Positions 46,733 through 55,113 of a stretch of DNA of 64,000 nt are shown here, piece after piece. The position numbers and the translations under genes are program-made. The stretch lies in assembly GCA_046262455.1 (NCBI GenBank), contig JBHEMS010000055.1:2315-66314 (forward strand), in the 5' to 3' direction. The notes under the pieces are model-generated. The model saw only the letters and a list, made by a program, of their open reading frames with translations. It was not told the origin of the DNA and did no database searches. The DNA is from Candidatus Dormibacteria bacterium. Its GTDB lineage: Bacteria > Chloroflexota > Dormibacteria > DASZGP01. Position 1 is the first letter of the stretch; every line of letters starts with the position of its first letter.

Positions 46733-47704
46733 CTACTCCAGCAGCGACCGCACGGCCGCCACGACCTCTTCCTCGGTGGGGACCAGGGCCAGCTCGAGGT
46801 TCTTGGCGTAGGGCATGGGTACGTCAGGCATGGCGACCCGGCGCACCGGGCTGTCGAGGTCGTCGAAGCACGCCTCGCCGGTCGCGGCGGCGATCTCCGC
46901 GCCGATGCCGATCGTTCGCCAGTCCTCCTCGGCCACCACCAGCCTGTGTGTCTTGCGAACCGACTGGTAGACCGTCTCCATGTCCAGGGGCCGCAGGGTG
47001 CGGAGGTCAATCACCTCGGCGGAGATCCCCATCTCCTCGAGCTGGGCCGCCGCCCGCAGAGAGACCTGGGTCATGCGCGAGTACGCCGCGATCGTCACGT
47101 CTGTTCCCTCGCGTAGGACCAGCGCCTCCCCCAGCGGTTCGCGGAAGTCATTGTCGGGCACGTCTCCCCGTACCCCGTAGAGCAGCGAGTGCTCGATGAA
47201 GATCACCGGGTCATCGTCTTCGATCGCCGTCTTCAGCAGCCCCTTGGCGTCGCGGGGTGTCGCCGGGGCGACCACCTTCAGCCCCGGCACCGAGGCAAAC
47301 CAGTTTTCGAACGTCTGGGAATGGGTTGCTCCCAGCTGGCCCCACCCGCTGACCGTTCTCAGCACCATGGGCACCTTGATCTTGCCGGCGAACATGTAGT
47401 GGAACTTGGCCGCGTGGTTGACGACCTGGTCGATCGCCAGGAGGGCGAAGTTGATCGTCATGATCTCGGCCACCGGCCGCATCCCGCCCATCGCGGCGCC
47501 GATCGCCGCGCCGACGATGCCCGACTCCGCGATCGGCGTCTCGCGAACCCGCTCGGGACCGAACTCCTCCTGCAGGCCCCGGGTAACGGAGTACGCGCCG
47601 CCATATGCGCCGACGTCTTCCCCGAGGATGAACACCCGTGGATCGCCCTGCATCTTTTCCTTCAGGGCCTGGCGCAGGCCCTCCCGGTACGTGAGCTCGG
47701 CCAC
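46733..47704 (-). CDS. pdhB: Pyruvate dehydrogenase-type E1 beta subunit
   Basis: LTYREGLRQALKEKM, GEDVGAYGGAYSVT and ETPIAESGIVGAAIGAAMGGMRP. Confidence 0.95.
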   Translation of the reverse strand: MAELTYREGLRQALKEKMQGDPRVFILGEDVGAYGGAYSVTRGLQEEFGPERVRETPIAESGIVGAAIGAAMGGMRPVAEIMTINFALLAIDQVVNHAAKFHYMFAGKIKVPMVLRTVSGWGQLGATHSQTFENWFASVPGLKVVAPATPRDAKGLLKTAIEDDDPVIFIEHSLLYGVRGDVPDNDFREPLGEALVLREGTDVTIAAYSRMTQVSLRAAAQLEEMGISAEVIDLRTLRPLDMETVYQSVRKTHRLVVAEEDWRTIGIGAEIAAATGEACFDDLDSPVRRVAMPDVPMPYAKNLELALVPTEEEVVAAVRSLLE

Positions 47705-49162
47705 TCAGCCTCCCGTTGATCGGCCGGGCGGGCGGCCGGGACGGCCGGGCTGCGGAAGCGGGGCTCCCCGCCGGCGGGTGGCGCCGCCGTTGGAGACCGC
47801 AGGCGCGGGGGGCTGGTCGTCAGGGGCGACTGTCGCCGAACCCGAGCCCTGCTGGCCCTGGTCGCCCTGGGCGGTGGTTTCTCCACCCTCGCCCTGTCCC
47901 TTCGCGCGCCTGGCCCTGCCCTTGGTTTCGACGGGGACGGCCATGGGGCGGCCCCCAGGCCCACCCGAGTCCTCCACGTCCAGGGACGACAGCGCGGGCT
48001 GCCGCCGTGAGCGGTCCTCGGCGTTCTGGGTCAGGCGGGCGGCCTTCTGCCGGAGGAGCGCGGGGACGACCACCTGGGGGCCGCTCACGGCGCCCCCACG
48101 GTCAGCCAGGGGCATGGCGTAGATGTTCTGGAAGAGGGTGTCCAGCGACGGGAACGGGCTGTTGTCGGCAAAGACCACCGCATCCTGGACCTGCAGCTCC
48201 ACCTGGCGCTGGATCTCATGCAGCTCTTTGCGGGCCACGATTCCGCCCTTCACCAGCCGCTCGTCAAGGATGCGGATCGGGTCGCGCTTCTGCCACTTGC
48301 GCACCTCGGCCTTCTCCCGATAACTCTCGGCGTCGGCCATCGAGTGGCCGCGGAACCTGTAGGTGATGGCTTCGATGATCGTCGGGCCGCCCCCGGTACG
48401 GCCCCGCTCGGCCGCCTCGGCGATGGCCCGGTTCACGGCGACCACGTCCATCCCGTCGATGCGTTTGCCCGTGATGCCGTAGGCCTGGGCGCGGCGAAAG
48501 ATCTCCGGCACCTTGAACTGCTCCTCCGGCCGGGCGCCCATCCCGTACAGGTTGTTCTCCACCAGGAAGATCACCGGTAGGTTCCAGATGGCGGCCATGT
48601 TGACGCCCTCGTGGAACTCGCCGATCGCGGTCGCGCCGTCTCCGAACACGTCGAGAACGACGCGCTTCTGGCCCTGCATCACGGCGGCCAGCGCCAGGCC
48701 GGGGGCGATCACGATGTGGCCGCCGACGATGGCGTGACCGCCCCAGAAGTTGCGCTCCGCGTCCACCAGGTGCATCGAGCCACCCATCCCTCTGGTGACC
48801 CCGGTGGAGCGCCCAAACAGCTCGGCCATGACGGCGCCGGCGTCGGACCCCCGGGCCAGCGCATAGCCATGGTCGCGGTAGTGGGTCAGGATGTGGTCCT
48901 GCGGCTGCAGGGCGGCGCAGGCACCGACGGCCACTGCCTCCTCGCCTATGTAGAGGTGCAGGAAGCCGCCGATCTTACCCAGGGCATACATCTCGGCCGC
49001 CGCTTCCTCGAAGCGACGGATCAGGTACATCTGCCGGTACCAGTCGAGCAGGCGCTTGGCCTCGGGTGCGCGCCGACCGCTCGTCCTGCCGTACGCCAGC
49101 AGCTTGACCGAGTCAGGGCCGGTGATGCCGGGCTTGCGCGTGCGCGCCTGCGCCATCGGCAT
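47705..49162 (-). CDS. pdhA: Pyruvate dehydrogenase-type E1 alpha subunit with a ~135-aa low-complexity C-terminal extension
   Basis: MYLIRRFEEAAAEMYALGKIGGFLHLYIGEEAVAVG, FGDGATAIGEFHEGVNMAAIW and FLVENNLYGMG. After the usual end (TLFQNIYA, ~48116) the frame runs on for 136 more codons to 47705. Confidence 0.9.
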   Translation of the reverse strand: MPMAQARTRKPGITGPDSVKLLAYGRTSGRRAPEAKRLLDWYRQMYLIRRFEEAAAEMYALGKIGGFLHLYIGEEAVAVGACAALQPQDHILTHYRDHGYALARGSDAGAVMAELFGRSTGVTRGMGGSMHLVDAERNFWGGHAIVGGHIVIAPGLALAAVMQGQKRVVLDVFGDGATAIGEFHEGVNMAAIWNLPVIFLVENNLYGMGARPEEQFKVPEIFRRAQAYGITGKRIDGMDVVAVNRAIAEAAERGRTGGGPTIIEAITYRFRGHSMADAESYREKAEVRKWQKRDPIRILDERLVKGGIVARKELHEIQRQVELQVQDAVVFADNSPFPSLDTLFQNIYAMPLADRGGAVSGPQVVVPALLRQKAARLTQNAEDRSRRQPALSSLDVEDSGGPGGRPMAVPVETKGRARRAKGQGEGGETTAQGDQGQQGSGSATVAPDDQPPAPAVSNGGATRRRGAPLPQPGRPGRPPGRSTGG

Positions 49163-49195
49163 ATCGTAGGCGACCGTGCTCGGTGGAGCGCGCGG

Positions 49196-50134
49196 CTACC
49201 GCGCCCGGCGTCGCGGAGGCTTGGCCGGGCCCAGGGATGTGATCAGCCGCCGCTCGAGGTTTACCACCATCCGCGCCCGGCTGGGCACTCCTTCGTCACC
49301 TTCGTCGCGGTCCGAGGGGATCCTGTTGACGCGACTGATGTTGTCGTACCCCGTGGTCACAAGTGCCCCGGTGGTCAGGTTGTCCTCGAGCTTCACGGCT
49401 GGGGGTACGCGCCCCGGGCCGCCGGCGAGCTCCACGATGATCCTGCCCAGTGCGAGGCCGCTGCCCACGTGGCCAACCCACCGGGGAATATCGCCGGCGG
49501 CGAGGTCCTTCACGTCGAGCGCGCGGCCCAGCGCGTGTTGAAGAGCCCGCGTGCGAATGCCGGGGTCGACCGCGTCCCAGGTACCCCCGAGCTCGCAGAG
49601 ATTGAGGAAGGTCGCCAACGCTTGCTGGCGCGCCTCGGCAGCTCCGGCTGGGTCCACCTGGTCGTAGTTGGGGCCTAGGCGGCCGACCATGGCGGCTTCG
49701 TTCCAAACCTGCAGGGCGTTATCCGCCACCCCGGACGCCAGGTGCACTCGAGCTGCGTCCGGGTCGATCGAAGCCTGCGGCCCGGGTTCTGCCTGGAGGC
49801 CCTGGATGACCTGGCGAACCTCATTGCCAAGGTCGTCGGCGAGGGCTGCCATCGGGCGCAACACACCGGTCGCGCCCGCTTCCTCGAGGGCGGCCACGCG
49901 CCAGGCCTCGCGAAGGGCGTCCACCTCGAGTTGGAAGGCCAGGTTATGCAGGCGCCTGCGGATGCGCTCGAGCTGCTGCTCCATGACCAGGTGGAACAGT
50001 GGCGGCATCGGCGGCAGGTTGGCGGAGATCGCCGAGGCCACGCGGACGTACTCCACGGCCGACGCACGCATCGACTCGATGACCGCGCGGATGGACGCGG
50101 GGTCGACCTCTACCAGGGCGTCGGGGGCGGACAC
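49196..50134 (-). CDS. Hypothetical protein (~312 aa), helical N-terminal region, unknown C-terminal domain
   Basis: GTG 50134 lies 2 nt after the upstream stop. The protein begins VSAPDALVEVDPASIRAVIESMRAS. It lies 33 nt upstream of pdhA on the same strand. The Arg/Gly-rich ORF-track extension to 50242 overlaps the upstream gene. Confidence 0.6.
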   Translation of the reverse strand: MSAPDALVEVDPASIRAVIESMRASAVEYVRVASAISANLPPMPPLFHLVMEQQLERIRRRLHNLAFQLEVDALREAWRVAALEEAGATGVLRPMAALADDLGNEVRQVIQGLQAEPGPQASIDPDAARVHLASGVADNALQVWNEAAMVGRLGPNYDQVDPAGAAEARQQALATFLNLCELGGTWDAVDPGIRTRALQHALGRALDVKDLAAGDIPRWVGHVGSGLALGRIIVELAGGPGRVPPAVKLEDNLTTGALVTTGYDNISRVNRIPSDRDEGDEGVPSRARMVVNLERRLITSLGPAKPPRRRAR

Positions 50135-50136
50135 CG

Positions 50137-50526
50137 CTAGGCCAGGTCCTGCACCAGTCGCTGCGCCTCGCGGTACGCCGCGAGGACCCCCTCGTCGACC
50201 GCGATTCCCCCTTGGATCTCGAGGCCTGCCAGGCGTGCGCACGCGTGCTGCGCCGCCTCCAACCGGGCGGCCTCCCGCAGGATGCGTACCTGTACGTCCC
50301 TGAGGTCCCCGATCACCCCGTCGACTTCTGACCGCCTCCGGTGAATCAGGTCGCGGAAGGCCCGGCCGGCGTTGCAGTCGTAGTCCATTGCCGCGACCCT
50401 GCGATCGACCTCATCCCCCAGCGCGCCCAACCGGTGCCACTCCAGCCCAAGGCGGCCCGCCCGGCTCCGCATTGCGCCGACATCGCCCACCGGCAGATCC
50501 ACCATCATCTCCACCGCCCACAGCAT
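50137..50526 (-). CDS. Hypothetical small helical protein (~125 aa), weakly WXG100-like pattern
   Basis: (M)MVDLPVGDVGAMRSRAGRL ... AAMDYDCNAGRAFRDLI ... helical C-terminal half. Start is uncertain (ATG 50526, 50508 or 50505). Coding is supported by codon bias and tight coupling to the next gene. Confidence 0.55.
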   Translation of the reverse strand: MLWAVEMMVDLPVGDVGAMRSRAGRLGLEWHRLGALGDEVDRRVAAMDYDCNAGRAFRDLIHRRRSEVDGVIGDLRDVQVRILREAARLEAAQHACARLAGLEIQGGIAVDEGVLAAYREAQRLVQDLA

Positions 50527-50627
50527 GCGGGCCGCTGGCGGACACCCCACGGACACTCTGGGCGGCGGCCTCGCGGTGGCGCGGGGATATATTGGGACCA
50601 CGTCCGTCAGAAGGAACCAGGAGAGAC

Positions 50628-52022
50628 ATGGAACGACCCACCACCCTTCGCGAGCTCCGCGAGGCGGAGTACGAAATCACCGACATCAAGACCGAGATGC
50701 GCCGCAACCTCGTTCGCAAGATCCGCGAGGGGCAGGAGCTATTTCCCGGCATCCTCGGATACGAGGAGACCGTCATCCCCAACATCGAAAACGCTGTGCT
50801 CGCGGGACAGGACATCGTCTTCCTGGGGGAGAGGGGGCAGGCGAAGTCGCGCCTGATTCGGGCGCTGGTCGGGCTCCTTGACGAGAACGTGCCGGTGATG
50901 GAGGGATGCCAGATCAATGACAGTCCCTATGAGCCGGCGTGTCGAGAGTGCCGCGAGAAGGTGGCGCAGGACGGCGACGATGTGCGCATCTCCTGGTGGC
51001 CCCGTGAGGAGCGTTATGCGGAGAAGCTGGCGACACCGGACACCTCCATCGCCGACCTGATCGGGGAGGTGGATCCCATCAAGGTCGCGGAGGGCCGCTA
51101 TCTCTCGGACGAGCTGACGATCCACTACGGGCTGGTGCCCCGCACCAACCGGGGAATTTTCTGCATCAACGAGCTTCCCGACCTCGCGGAGCGCATCCAG
51201 GTCGGACTGCTGAACATCATGGAAGAGCGCGATGTGCAGATCCGCGGCTACCGCATCCGGTTGCCCCTGGACGTCTTCGTGGTGGCCAGCGCCAACCCCG
51301 AGGACTACACCAACCGCGGCCGCATCATCACCCCCCTTAAGGACCGCTTTGGCGCCCAGATCCGCACCCACTACCCCCCGACGGTGGCGCACGAGATGGA
51401 CATCGTCCGCAGCGAGAAGCGCGACTTCCTCGACACCGATATCCAGGTCCGGGTGCCATCTTTCATGGAGGAGATCGTCGCCGAGGTGACCCACCTCGCC
51501 CGGCGCCACCCCCAGGTCAACCAGGGCAGCGGGGTGTCGGTCCGCGTTTCAATCGCCAACCAGGAGAACCTGGTGGCCAACGCTCTGCGACGCGCAATCA
51601 GGGTGGGCGAGATGGAGGCGGTGCCGCGCGTCAGCGACCTGCCGGCGATTGCCGCGACCACGCTGGGCAAGATCGAACTGGAGAGCTACGAGGACGCCGA
51701 CGACGAGGCGCTCCTGGACAAACTGACGCGGAGCGCGGTATCGAACGTTTTCCGCCGTCAGCTGGACGCCTCGGACTTCACCGACCTGGTCGCGCGCTAC
51801 GACAGCGGGCACAACTTCGAGGCGTCCGATCGCCTGCCGGCGGCAGATTACGTGGCTGAGGCCGACCAGTTCCCCGAGGTGGCCGCGGCGATGCAGCGGC
51901 TCAAGGTGAAGGCCACGCCGGCCATGACGGCAAGCGTCTACGAGTTTGTCCTCGAGGGACTGCACCTCGGCAAGCGGTTGAACAAGTCACGGGTCGCCAA
52001 CGGCTCCGTCTACGGGGGCTGA
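50628..52022 (+). CDS. AAA+ ATPase, ChlI/BchI-MoxR-like
   Basis: ATG 50628 is preceded by GGAG. Walker A GERGQAKS, Walker B-like IFCINELPDL, then LNIMEERDVQIRGYRIRLPLDVFVVASANPED and PLKDRFG (sensor/Arg-finger region). The ORF-track start at 50388 adds a Pro/Arg-rich artefact. Confidence 0.88.
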   Translation: MERPTTLRELREAEYEITDIKTEMRRNLVRKIREGQELFPGILGYEETVIPNIENAVLAGQDIVFLGERGQAKSRLIRALVGLLDENVPVMEGCQINDSPYEPACRECREKVAQDGDDVRISWWPREERYAEKLATPDTSIADLIGEVDPIKVAEGRYLSDELTIHYGLVPRTNRGIFCINELPDLAERIQVGLLNIMEERDVQIRGYRIRLPLDVFVVASANPEDYTNRGRIITPLKDRFGAQIRTHYPPTVAHEMDIVRSEKRDFLDTDIQVRVPSFMEEIVAEVTHLARRHPQVNQGSGVSVRVSIANQENLVANALRRAIRVGEMEAVPRVSDLPAIAATTLGKIELESYEDADDEALLDKLTRSAVSNVFRRQLDASDFTDLVARYDSGHNFEASDRLPAADYVAEADQFPEVAAAMQRLKVKATPAMTASVYEFVLEGLHLGKRLNKSRVANGSVYGG

Positions 52023-52038
52023 TCCCCACGAGGATCGC

Positions 52039-54129
52039 ATGGCGGAATCCGACATAGTCCAGCCCGGCGGCGCCCACCAGAACTCACCGTTCTCGCGCCA
52101 CAACCTGTACTCCTCCTGGGACGGGAGCCAGGAGCCCCTCCCGGTCGACGCCGAGACGATTATGAACCGCATCTCGGAGGACGTCTTTGCCGGGAGCGAC
52201 TTCGAGTTCGCGATGCGCCGCATTCTCAGCTCGGGCTGGCGCTCCCCCGGAGAAGCCCGCCTGCAGGGTATCGAGGAGCTCGTGGAACAGGTCAGGCGGC
52301 GGCGCCTGGCCCACCTCAACAACTACAACCTCGACGGCATCTTCGACGACATCACAGAGCGGCTGGACCGCATCCTCAGCCAGGAGCGCCGGGCCATCAA
52401 GGAGCGACTCAAGGAGGCCGAGCCGGACTCGGCTGCGCGCCGGATCCTCGACAGGATGGCCCAACCCAAGCTCGACCAGCTGGACGCGCTCTCACCCGAG
52501 GCGGGCACCGCGCTCAAGGAGCTGCAGGAATATGAGTGGATGGATAACGGCGCGGAACAGCAGTACCGCCAGCTGATGGACGAGCTGCAGAAGCAGGTCG
52601 CCGAAACGTACTTCCAGAACCTCAACGAGGGCATGCGCAACCTCACGCCTGAGAACATGAGCGGCATTCGCGAGATGCTCCACGACCTCAACCAGATGCT
52701 CCGCGACCGCGCGGCCGGCCGTGAGCCAGATTTCGACAAGTTCATGAACAGGCACGGTGAGTTCTTCGACGATCCCAAACCGCAGAACCTCGACGAACTG
52801 GTGGCGCAGATGGCGCAGCAGATGGAGCGTATGGAGTCGATGCTTCAGTCACTTTCGCCGGAGCAGCGCCGCCAGCTCCAGGACATGCTCGAGGCGACGA
52901 TGAACGACGCCGGGCTGCAGGATGAGCTGGCGGAACTGTCCCGGCACCTCGGCGCCACCATGCCGCGGCGGCGGCTCGGCAATCGCTACTCGTTCTTCGG
53001 GGAGGAGTCCTTGCCGTTTGGCGCCGCCATGGATGTGATCGGCGACCTCACCCACCTCGACAGCCTGGAGCGAGCCTTGCGCGACACCTACCGTGGTCAG
53101 CCCCTCAGCCCGGAGCAGCGGGGTGACGTCTCGGAGATGCTCGGGGAGGACGCGGCGCGCGCGGTCGACCGCCTCAACCAGCTGCTCCAGGAGCTGCAGG
53201 ACCACGGGTACGTGGAGCGCGGCGAGGGTGGACTGAAGCTGACCGCCCAGGGTGTGCGCCGGATTGGGCAGAAGGCCCTGCGGGACCTCTTCGCGAACCT
53301 CAAGAAGGACCGCTTCGGGGGCCACGACCTGCACCGCCTGGGGCCCGGGGTGGAGGCCGCCGACGAGACCAAGCCGTGGGAATTCGGGGAGCCCTTCCGG
53401 CTCAACGTTGAGCGCACGGTGATCAACGCCATCCGCCGCTCCGGCAGGCTGCCGGATATCCGGGACGAGGGGCTCCACGCGGGCGAGCGGCGGGCGCCGC
53501 GGATGAAGGTTGAGGATTTCGAGGTCTACAAGGTCGATGCGTCCACGCAGGCGGCGACCGTCCTGATGCTCGACATGTCCCGTTCGATGCCACTGCGCGG
53601 CAACTTCTACGCCGCCAAGAAGATGGCCATGGCCCTCGAGCAGTTGATCCACACTCAGTACCCGCGCGACGACCTCTACGTGATCGGTTTCTCGGACCGC
53701 GCTCGGGACATTCGCCGGGAGCACCTGCCCCAGCTATCGTCGATGGAGTGCGTGTACGGCACCAATATGCAGGCAGGCTTCATGCGAGCCCGCCAGTTGC
53801 TCAGCAAGCACACCGGGGCCAACAAGCAGATCATCATGGTCTCCGACGGTGAGCCCACGGCCCACCTCGACGACCGGGGTGGCGTGGTTTTCGCTTACCC
53901 GCCGGTGGAGGAGACCTTCAGCCGGACCCTGACGGAAGTGCAGCGGTGCACCCAGCAACGGATTACTATCAACTGCTTCATGCTTGAGACCAACCACTAC
54001 CTGCGCAACTTCATCAAGCGCCTGACCCGGCTGAACCGGGGCCGCGCCTTCTTCGTCAACAGTCAGCGCCTGGGTGACTACGTCCTGGTGGACTTCGTCA
54101 ACAACCGGCGCGCGGCGGCGGGGGCATGA
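52039..54129 (+). CDS. VWA-domain protein (long acidic/helical N-region + C-terminal von Willebrand A domain)
   Basis: Intact MIDAS motif: VLMLDMSRSM, YGTNMQAG and MVSDGEPTAH. The N-terminal ~450 aa are helical and Glu/Arg/Gln-rich. Confidence 0.85.
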   Translation: MAESDIVQPGGAHQNSPFSRHNLYSSWDGSQEPLPVDAETIMNRISEDVFAGSDFEFAMRRILSSGWRSPGEARLQGIEELVEQVRRRRLAHLNNYNLDGIFDDITERLDRILSQERRAIKERLKEAEPDSAARRILDRMAQPKLDQLDALSPEAGTALKELQEYEWMDNGAEQQYRQLMDELQKQVAETYFQNLNEGMRNLTPENMSGIREMLHDLNQMLRDRAAGREPDFDKFMNRHGEFFDDPKPQNLDELVAQMAQQMERMESMLQSLSPEQRRQLQDMLEATMNDAGLQDELAELSRHLGATMPRRRLGNRYSFFGEESLPFGAAMDVIGDLTHLDSLERALRDTYRGQPLSPEQRGDVSEMLGEDAARAVDRLNQLLQELQDHGYVERGEGGLKLTAQGVRRIGQKALRDLFANLKKDRFGGHDLHRLGPGVEAADETKPWEFGEPFRLNVERTVINAIRRSGRLPDIRDEGLHAGERRAPRMKVEDFEVYKVDASTQAATVLMLDMSRSMPLRGNFYAAKKMAMALEQLIHTQYPRDDLYVIGFSDRARDIRREHLPQLSSMECVYGTNMQAGFMRARQLLSKHTGANKQIIMVSDGEPTAHLDDRGGVVFAYPPVEETFSRTLTEVQRCTQQRITINCFMLETNHYLRNFIKRLTRLNRGRAFFVNSQRLGDYVLVDFVNNRRAAAGA

Positions 54130-54671
54130 CGGGTCCTGGGCTGGCGCTGCTGGTGGCCGGCGTGGCGCTTCTCGCGGGCTGCGGCGGGGAGGTGGCCAAC
54201 ACGACGCCGGGCTCCGGCGCAGAGCCCGCAACGTCCACCGGGCCGACCAACCCATCCGCCTCCTGCGGGGGGATCGACAGCTCGATCACCGACAAGGGGG
54301 CCGACGACAAGTTCGATGAGGGCGCCAGCGTGGCCGGCAACACCCTGCCCGACGGGCTCAAGATCATCGACCTCAAGCAGGGGACAGGGACGACGGTCAA
54401 GAGCGGGCAGTGCCTCAGCGTCCAGTACACCGGCTGGCTCGACAACGGCACGAAGTTCGACAGCTCCCGGGACCGGGTCGGCGGGTTCCGCTTTGTGATC
54501 GGCCAGGGCCAGGTGATCCCGGGCTGGGATGAGGGCCTGGTGGGGATGAAAGTCGGCGGCCGGCGCCGCCTGGTGATCCCTCCCGCCCTGGGCTACGGGC
54601 CCGCGGGGCAGGGCCCGATCCCCGCGAACGCCACCCTGACGTTCATCGTGGAGGCCCTGAAGGCGGTTTAG
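54126..54671 (+). CDS. FKBP-type peptidyl-prolyl isomerase lipoprotein
   Basis: Lipobox LLAGC. FKBP core VQYTGWLDNGTKFDSS, FVIGQGQVIPGWDEGLVGMKVGGRRRLVIPPALGYG. ATG overlaps the VWA stop (ATGA). Confidence 0.92.
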   Translation: MTGPGLALLVAGVALLAGCGGEVANTTPGSGAEPATSTGPTNPSASCGGIDSSITDKGADDKFDEGASVAGNTLPDGLKIIDLKQGTGTTVKSGQCLSVQYTGWLDNGTKFDSSRDRVGGFRFVIGQGQVIPGWDEGLVGMKVGGRRRLVIPPALGYGPAGQGPIPANATLTFIVEALKAV

Positions 54672-55111
54672 GCGGCGCGCCGCTTGCGGGGCGGCTGGGA
54701 CTCGATCGACCGCCGCAGCCGGGCGAGGGCTTCGCCGGCGCGCTTGTCCACCATGCGCGCCGCCACCCACTCGGCGACCCTTGAGCCGATGCCACCGTCG
54801 AGGTGGTAGAACAGCCGCAGCGTCACCCGGGAACCGATGTCCGAGCGCTGGATCAGGAAGCGGCCCTGGAAGTGGATACCGCGAGTGTTGTGCCAGGTGA
54901 CGTTCCCGCTCTCGGGCCAGAACTCCAGCTCGAGCTCTCCGCCGAGCGGCGCGGGCCCCATGAGAATGACTGTGCGGAAACGATTCGGCACCTCGGTTGG
55001 GTACCACTCCATGAAGCCGGCGAAGAGCGATGCCAGGACCTTGACGTCGCTGAGCTTAGTGAATGCCTCCACCGGTGTGGCCGCGACGTCGACCTTGCGT
55101 TCGACCTTCAC
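54668..55111 (-). CDS. SRPBCC (START/polyketide-cyclase-like) family protein
   Basis: ~148 aa. VKVERKVDVAATPVEAFTKLSDV is a typical SRPBCC N-terminus. GTG 55111 lies 2 nt after the upstream stop. Confidence 0.6.
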   Translation of the reverse strand: MKVERKVDVAATPVEAFTKLSDVKVLASLFAGFMEWYPTEVPNRFRTVILMGPAPLGGELELEFWPESGNVTWHNTRGIHFQGRFLIQRSDIGSRVTLRLFYHLDGGIGSRVAEWVAARMVDKRAGEALARLRRSIESQPPRKRRAA

Positions 55112-55113
55112 GG

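Noticed and set aside
50388-50627. ORF-track N-terminal extensions: AAA+ from 50388, giant protein from 37724, TetR to 60494, GrpB to 57301, mrfB from 30014, the membrane protein to 10098 and hypothetical B to 50242.
   Set aside because: The extensions are Pro/Arg/Gly-rich, overlap neighbouring genes or the divergent promoter, and precede internal starts. Those internal starts have RBS support or give family-typical N-termini.
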